Both the position numbers and the translations under genes were made by a program. From the NCBI RefSeq assembly GCF_006345805.1, contig NW_021834990.1:1-43411 (forward strand): DNA of 43,411 nucleotides, written 5' to 3'. Shown here piece by piece: positions 36,628 through 43,411 of the stretch. Source of the stretch: Octopus sinensis (lineage: Eukaryota). The notes under the pieces were generated by a model. That model made no database searches and was not told the DNA's origin. It saw nothing but the letters and a program-made list of their open reading frames with translations. How positions within the stretch are numbered: position 1 is the first letter of the stretch; each line of letters begins with the position of its first letter.

Positions 36628-37017
36628 GAGCAAAACGCTTCCCCCGTCCAATGGACGGTGCTGAGTTGTCAAACATTTAAACCAAATTCTTTTTTTGGTC
36701 TCTTAAATATACTGCATTTTGTGGCATTATTTCAAGCCAGCCGGGTTTTTGTGCGCAAACTACACGTGCATTTTTCTCGCGTACGCGTAGTATCGATCGC
36801 AACAACTGATGTACTTGCGCGTACAAATGCACGTTCCCACGGCTTTATCGATCACATTCTCACCTGGAATCGATTTTTGTAATTTTTTCAAGCCTTATAC
36901 ACGCCCTGGTACCGTCGGTATCTACATATCAAATTTGAGCGCAATCGGATGCAGGATGCCCGAGATCCTAGAAGACACACACACACAGACAGACAGATCG
37001 GATTTTATATAATAGAT
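36625..37017 (+). mobile_element. Second HINE/Lep1-like non-autonomous rolling-circle element
   Basis: 5' hairpin CCGTCC-AAT-GGACGG; CAAATTTGAGCGCAATCGG motif; (ACAG)n then TTTTATATAATAGAT end, like 24462-24861. Confidence 0.6.
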
Positions 37018-37069
37018 ATAACATACGCGCATGATATGTATACATGCAGGCAAACATATCTACATACAT

Positions 37070-37400
37070 ACATGAAAACAAGTTAAAACACAACCGGCCA
37101 GACGTCGTTGTGTCGGACCACACATAAAAGATATGTTCTGATGTGGAAATTAGCTGCTCTCTGGACACGAATGTGGTTAGAAAAATACAAGAGAGGGGAC
37201 ATCTATGGACCATTGATAAGGAGTTTGTAAATCCAGTACCCAAGATACACTTTCAGCTTCATACCAATTATTGTTGGAGCAATAAGATACATACCAATCC
37301 ATCTGGTGAAAAGTATGGCAGAACTAGGGATCTGGAGGAGAGAATACAAATACTTATCCATGCGATGCAAATGATCACAATATCTGCCACTCCTTTTTTT
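37070..37400 (+). mobile_element. Decayed RLE domain of another R4/NeSL-like LINE
   Basis: KHNRPDVVVSDHT*KICSDVEISCSLDTNV..DIYGPLIRSL*IQYPRYTFSFIPIIVGA across frames. Confidence 0.7.
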
Positions 37401-37464
37401 GTAGTCTCTCAATTCCAAGAAAGACGATTCCACAATCCTTTCTGGACATTCTGCACTGATTACT

Positions 37465-37864
37465 TACTCTCTTTACTCTTTTACTTGTTTCAGTCATTTG
37501 ACTGCGGCCATGCTGGAGCACCGCCTTTAGTCGAGCAAATCGACCCCGGGACTTATTCTTTTTGTAAGCCCAGTACTTATTCTATCGGTCTCTTTTTGCC
37601 GAACCGCTAAGTGACGGGGACGCAAACACACCAGCATCGGTTGTCAAGCAATGCTAGGGGAACAAACACAGACACACAAACACACACACATACATATATA
37701 CGACAGGCTTCTTTCAGTTTCCGTCTACCAAATCCACTCACAAGGCATTGGTCGGCCCGGGGCCATAGCAGAATACACTTGCCCAAGATGCCACGCAATG
37801 GGATTGAACCCGGAACCATGTGGCTGGTTAGCAAGCTACTTACCACACAGCCACTCCTGCGCCT
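37465..37864 (-). mobile_element. SINE family A, full length
   Basis: Same structure as other copies. Confidence 0.93.
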
Positions 37865-38179
37865 ATAGTAATTAAATGTTTGTGCTGTGCGTGAGGTCAC
37901 TTCCTTCATCAAATCGACATTGCCTGCACGAGCGCCTCGTGTGCCACACGTCAAGTGTGTGCTCTTAAATATAACACACACGCACACATATACACGTTCA
38001 CTCAACAAAAGGAGCAAGACTCACACGTACTTCGTCAAACGTACATTAACCAACTCCAATCGTTTGAAAGTGTACCGTCAAGTAAGGAAACCTGAGACAC
38101 GAGTACAGAGCATTGTGTTCCTGAGATGAAGGCCAGCCAACCAGAATCTCTCGCAATAGCAAACAAGAGAAAGTTAACA

Positions 38180-38580
38180 GCAGGAGTGGCTGTGTGGTAA
38201 GTAGCTTGCTTACCAACCACATGGTTCCGGGTTTCAGTCCCACTGCGTGGCATCTTGGGCAAGTGTCTTCTGCTATAGCTCCGGGCCGACCAATGGCTTG
38301 TGAGTGGATTTGGTAGACGGAAACTGAAAGAAACCTGTAGTATATATGTATATATATGTGTGTGTGTATGTGTTTGTGTGTCTCTGTTTGTTCCCCTAGC
38401 ATTGCTTGACAACCGATGCTGGTGTGTTTACGTCCCCGTCACTTAGCGGTTCGGCAAAAGAGACCGATAGAATAAGTACTGGGCTTACAAAGAATAAGTC
38501 CCGAGGTCGATTTGCTCGACTAAAAGCGGTGCTCCAGCATGGCCGCAGTCAAATGACTGAAACAACTAAAAGAGAAAAAG
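38180..38580 (+). mobile_element. SINE family A, full length
   Basis: Same structure; head-to-head with 37465-37864. Confidence 0.93.
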
Positions 38581-39036
38581 GGAGTACCTGCACTTTACCG
38601 ACAGTATAGGGGTATTTCTTGTTCTATCCTAGTCCCAAATTTAAAGTCAAGGCCAGAGATTTTGCGGTGAGAGGTTTAGTTGATACCATTGGCAGCATTT
38701 AAACTGAGAACATAAGAGTCGGAACAGTTACTGCAAATCATCTCTTTTCTTCGTTTTTTGGTTTTTTTAATGCTCTAACGATTCTCTAATTCTCTAATTC
38801 CAAAGCGAAAACGGAGACGGGTTTTGCAGACATATTAAATGAAATTTTCTTTTATTGGGTGAAGAGAAAAATTATGGTATCATATGCGTCGCTGTCAAAA
38901 CAAGTAAAGAATACATACATACCAATAGAAACTTTTCACAATACTTGAGAAGAAATAATGATGAAGAAGGCCATTAATAACGACGTCATTTCTCGTCTCG
39001 TGGCCACTTCATACATCTAAAGCTAAGACAAATAGC

Positions 39037-39037
<1 letters not shown>

Positions 39038-39104
<67 letters not shown>

Positions 39105-39265
39105 ATATATATATATATATAATTATATATATCTATATATACCTATATATATATATTATATATATTACATATATATATATATATTTATTTATATATATAT
39201 ATTTATATCTATATTATATTATATTTATATATATATATATATATATAATATATATATATATATAA
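39038..39265. repeat. (TA)n microsatellite
   Basis: Direct reading. Confidence 0.97.
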
Positions 39266-39399
39266 AGTATAAAAATGGTACAACGAGGCACTGATATTTA
39301 CTGAAAATAGCAATCGTAATAAATACGGCGCTATTGTATAGCTTCACTGCGTAAATACTAGCAAAGACGCGTGTGTGCAACAAACATGAAAAAAATTTG

Positions 39400-39745
39400 T
39401 CTTACCTCTAGGAAGAGCATCTGATAAATGGACAACCTAGAATCGGATAATGCAGGACCGGTTTCAGACTCTTCAAATACGTTTGACAACGTGGATTTGA
39501 TTTGTCTTCATCAGCTGCATATACCTAGACAATATTTCAAATGTTGCCACATCTATGCCAGTACATATATATATGCTCGAAATGCGGAGTAGAAAAACAG
39601 CCGACAACTGATGAAGGGTCGTTCCTTGTGTTGCTTTACTTGTTTTCCATTTGTTTCTTTCGTTGCTTGCAACCCCGCCTCTTATTCCATGTCCTCGTAC
39701 TTCGTATTTTTTGTTGTTTATATTTTGTGACGTCCTGTGCCCACA
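39400..39745 (-). mobile_element. Probable Penelope-like pseudo-LTR or retrozyme-like fragment hosting the hammerhead
   Basis: Contains the hammerhead; no ORF; family call and boundaries are inferred. Confidence 0.45.
39450..39520 (-). ncRNA. Type I hammerhead ribozyme with intact core and extended stem II
   Basis: AUGCAG-CUGAUGA-AGAC[AAA UCAAAU CC ACGUU GUCA AACGU AUUUGA AGA]GUCU-GAAAC-CG-GUC/CUGCAU; 6 bp stem I, palindromic ACCGGU stem III, predicted cleavage between 39456 and 39455. Confidence 0.85.
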
Positions 39746-39769
39746 TATGCATATGTATATATATATGTG

Positions 39770-39987
39770 TGTGTGTTTGTGTGTCTGTGTTTGTCCCCCC
39801 AACATCGCTTGACAACCGATGCTGGTGTGTTTACGTCCTTGTAACTTAGCGGTTTGGCAGAAGCAACCGATAGAATAAGTACGAGGCTTGCAAAGAATAA
39901 GGCTTGGGGTCGATTTACTCGACTAAAGGCGATGCTCCAGCATGGCCATAGTCAAATGACTGAAACAAGTAAAAGAGTAAAAGAGTA
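39770..39987 (+). mobile_element. SINE family A right arm
   Basis: GTGTTTGTCCCCCCAACATCG through AAAAGAGTAAAAGAGTA. Confidence 0.88.
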
Positions 39988-40427
39988 ATATATATATTAT
40001 ATATACATACATATATATATATATTAGTGAGAGATTAGAATCACCAGAAAATACGTTTTCTCATGATTGCACTCCTGCCTCCTTTCGGAGACTATATGCA
40101 GGCCGTGAATGGTACTGCCACAGAATTAACATCCAGAAGATGTTTAACTCTTCAGACATCGAAGTACTGTCAAGCAAAACCGCGATATGAATACGGAACG
40201 ACGAACGCATTTTTAATATGCATTCGTCCAGTGTACCGGCATTGTTGACTTGAGGCTACGTTGTCAAAGATAGTGTTAAATGTGTAATGTGTTTAGATGT
40301 ACGACTGCTGATGATACTTACGATACGCTTAATAACTGACGGGGGATACTTATGATACGCTTAATAACTGACGGCGGGGGATTTGGAGCCTATATTTATA
40401 GAGTAGTTCCATTATCAGGTTTATAAC

Positions 40428-40828
40428 AAGGCGGTGAGCTGGCACAATCGTTAGCACGCCGCGTGAAATGCCTAGCGGTATTTCGTCTGCCGCTACGTTC
40501 TGAGATCAAATTCCACCGAGGTCGACTTTGCCTTTCTTCCTTTTGGGGTCGATAAATTAAGTACCAGTTACGCACTGGGGTCGATATAATCTGTCCTTGT
40601 TTGTCCCTTCTGCGTTTGGCCTCTTGTGGGTAGTAAAGAAATAGGTATTTCGTCTGCCGCTACGTTCTGAGATCAAATTCCGCCGAGGTCGACTTTGCCT
40701 TTCATCCTTTCGAGGTCGATTAAATAAGTACCAGTTACGTACTGGGGTCCATATAATCGACTTAATCCGTTTGTCTGTCCTTGTTTGTCCTCTTTGTGTT
40801 TAGCCCCTTGTGGGTAATAAAGAAATAA
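40428..40828 (+). mobile_element. SINE family C dimer
   Basis: Head plus units starting at 40477 and 40644. Confidence 0.9.
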
Positions 40829-41834
40829 GATTAGTATTAAACTTAATTATAACGTTTAATTAGTTGGTTCTTCTAATAAGTTACTAATTCTGTCCATCTT
40901 GTATCTCTTTCTGTTATTCACTGTTTCCAAGCCATCATTACTATACAATACCCATTTAATCTCTTGTACTTCATATCTGACCCTGTTTAAGCTATCGAAA
41001 TATAGAGACCTCAAGGTCAGCGATTTCTGCCCCGTCAAAACTAGAAGTGGATGCGACAAAGAAATGTTTCGCCACCTCATTCTCTCTGTAGGAATTATGT
41101 TTCATGTTCATACCAGATTTTGTAGCTGTGGCCTAACGTTTCTTGAATTCCAGGGCTTGCAGAAGAACGCGGACGGATTGACATCCTCCATGTCAAACTG
41201 TGTAAACCAATGGCAAGTCTTATCATCTGTACAGTTCAACCACTTAATGTTGACGACGCTATGTAAACATGGACTCAGATTCCAGGCTGATCTCATTTGC
41301 ATTGATAGTATCTAGTATTCTCCTGCTTACAATCTGTAATTCGTTTTTTATATATAAGAAACAGCAAACGTAAAGATAAAAACCGCAACTCTTATCTCTC
41401 CATGTCTACAGAAGGAAGAAATTCTATAGCGAAATTTTTTTGTTTACTTTTTAAAGCAAAATCAAATTTTTGGATATGGCTTTGTCAATGCTATACTTTA
41501 CCGATGCATACCTGCTGTGTATGTGCGCATGCGCACAAGTGTGCAGTGATTTTGTAATCTTAAACAGAGATTATCTACGTACATATATATATATGTGCGT
41601 ATATGTACGTGTGTGTGTGTGGTTGTATTTGTGTATGTGTGTGTATGCACGTATGGATATATATGTATTTATCTACACACACATATACACACACACCACA
41701 CACACACATTATATATATATATATTATATATATAATATATATAATATATATTGTTATATAACAACCGGAGTAAACATATAAATGTGAACAAGGTGGAAAA
41801 AAGAGTACTCCAATATCAGTGGTAGAGTAATACG

Positions 41835-41935
41835 CTTTATTTAAAGCAGCAGAAAATTCAACAAAACCTGTTACCCTGAGTTTCCCGTAACTCAGAGTAA
41901 CAGGTTTTGTTGAATTTTCTGCTGCTTTAATAAAG
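41835..41935. repeat. Near-perfect palindrome (42 bp arms, 6 nt loop, extendable to about 48 bp)
   Basis: 41841-41882 pairs with 41889-41930, one mismatch. Confidence 0.95.
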
Positions 41936-42019
<84 letters not shown>

Positions 42020-42078
42020 GTACATGTATATATATACGCACATACATATTTATATACACATATATGTATAGAAGTAAT

Positions 42079-42515
42079 GTGATCAATAAGTATCCGGACT
42101 GTTGCCATAGTAACGAGGCTAAAGCATGCAGAGTAAAGCCGCTTGGCATTGATTGACCTTGAACTCTGCCGTGCATGCGCACAAAGTTTTAACGTTCTAG
42201 CTCACTTCCGCTGTTTACACCAGTGCTTGGGAGGAGTAAAGGGCGTAGCGTGTGTTCGTCGCATTGACAATGACAGAGGAAGTTGAGCAGAGAATCTGCA
42301 TCAACTTTTGCCAAAATCTTTTGCCAAAAGCGCTGGAGTGGCTGTGTGGGAGCGCAGGAGTTGCTGTGTGGTAAGTAGCTTGCTTACCAACCACATGGTT
42401 CCGGGTTCAGTCCCACTGCGTGGCACCTTGGGCAAGTGTCTTCTACTATAGCCGCGGGCCGACCAAAGCCTTGTGAATGGATTTGGTACACGGAAACTGA
42501 AAGAAGCCTGTCGTA

Positions 42516-42548
<33 letters not shown>

Positions 42549-42830
42549 GCGTGTCTATGTTTGTGTGTCTGTGTTTGTCCCCCTAGCATTGCTTGACAAC
42601 CGATGCTGGTTTGTTTATGTCCCCGTTACTTAACGGTTCGGCAAAAGAGACCGATAGAATAAGTACTGGGCTTACAAAAGAATAAGTCCCGGGGTCGAGT
42701 TGCTCGATTAAATGACTGAAACAAGTAAAAGAGTAAAAGAGTAAAGAGTATACCTGCTCCGAGGCCTACACAACGTTTTCAAAAACTTTTCAGCGTTCTC
42801 GACACAATCAAGGAGACCTTGTGTAACTGA
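42079..42830 (+). mobile_element. Mariner-family remnant (5' TIR-like end and transposase N-terminus) split by a SINE
   Basis: GTGATCAATAAGTATCCGGACT terminus; ATG at 42270 gives MTEEVEQRICINFCQ, resuming after the SINE as TCSEAYTTFSK, like the mariner EQRxxIKFCxKLG motif. Confidence 0.6.
42330..42750 (+). mobile_element. SINE family A with a duplicated 5' head and small internal deletion
   Basis: GCGCTGGAGTGGCTGTGTGG immediately followed by GCGCAGGAGTTGCTGTGTGG. Confidence 0.9.
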
Positions 42831-43107
42831 AACCCGAGAGATTAATAAGCTTAATCTCTCCATTATCAATATGACCCGAGGTATGCTAATTGGTTGATTT
42901 AACACTAACGATCCGCGCAAGCACCAAACCTCTTTTTAAAGGATAGCGTTTAAAAAATTACTGATTAGTTATTTTGATTTGTACAGATCAAAACTAGTTC
43001 GTTCATTATTTTCTTGATAAAGGGATTTTATGTCCGAAATATTTAAATACAAAGTAAAACTATAAATCATTCTTGCTTCTGTTTACGCACCTTTATTACA
43101 TTTCCGT

Positions 43108-43260
43108 GAAGGTGCGTGGCCTAGTGATTGGGATCTTGCACTCACGGTTGCTAGGTCGTGGGTTCGATTACCGGATCTAGCGGCGTATTGTGTTCTTGAA
43201 CAAAACACTTTACTTCACGTTCCTCCCTCCAGTCCACTCAACTGCTAATGGTAAACCTGC
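43108..43260 (+). mobile_element. SINE family D 5' part
   Basis: A box TGGCCTAGTGATTGG, B box GGTTCGATTACC, CORE-like TTGTGTTCTTGAACAAAACACTT. Confidence 0.75.
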
Positions 43261-43411
43261 TAGAGAGAGTGAGAGAGAGAGAGATAGGAGAGAGATTCAG
43301 TAGATAGATGTATATATATATATATAATATATATATAATTCTAATATATCAATATACATTATATATATATGCATACATGTATACCTAAAAACACACATAT
43401 ATACATATATA

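Noticed and set aside
39608-39627. CTGATGA followed by a small hairpin on the plus strand
   Set aside because: No GAAA follows the stem, and the upstream GAAA does not give a valid stem I/III.
40306-40372. About 31 bp tandem duplication beginning near CTGATGA
   Set aside because: It is an ordinary local duplication, and no hammerhead GAAA or stems are present.
40856-41315. Overlapping ORFs on both strands (138 aa plus; 64 and 74 aa minus)
   Set aside because: No motif recognised and no consistent exon structure; they cannot be supported without a search.

Overview
Eukaryotic, AT-rich, non-coding window (intergenic or deep intron) made almost entirely of microsatellites and transposable elements. 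The SINE families and compound trinucleotide/(TA)n tracts look like an Octopus (coleoid cephalopod) genome; this is inferred from repeat recognition, not from a search. No host gene, rRNA, genuine tRNA gene or CRISPR array could be supported, and most long ORFs in the track are microsatellite artefacts. Contents: (i) four tRNA-derived SINE families; (ii) decayed R4/Dong-type restriction-like-endonuclease (RLE) LINEs and a ~550 bp non-coding element, both sitting in (TAA)n tracts with the same polarity; (iii) a 5'-truncated Tx1-clade LINE inside a (GATA)n tract and an I-group/Ingi-like LINE 3' end; (iv) a MITE with 29 bp TIRs, an 8 bp TSD and internal TTAGGG repeats; (v) two HINE/Helitron-like non-autonomous elements, a mariner remnant and a solo Tc1-like terminus; (vi) Penelope-like terminal sequences carrying hammerhead ribozyme motifs. 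The best hunt results are an apparently intact type I hammerhead with an unusually long stem II (39450-39520, minus strand), an inverted pair of minimal hammerheads (28934-29352), elements that appear to target microsatellites, SINE multimers with a fixed junction, and a short YY1/TATA-like module repeated between polypurine spacers. Coordinates were read by eye; element ends may be off by a few bases.
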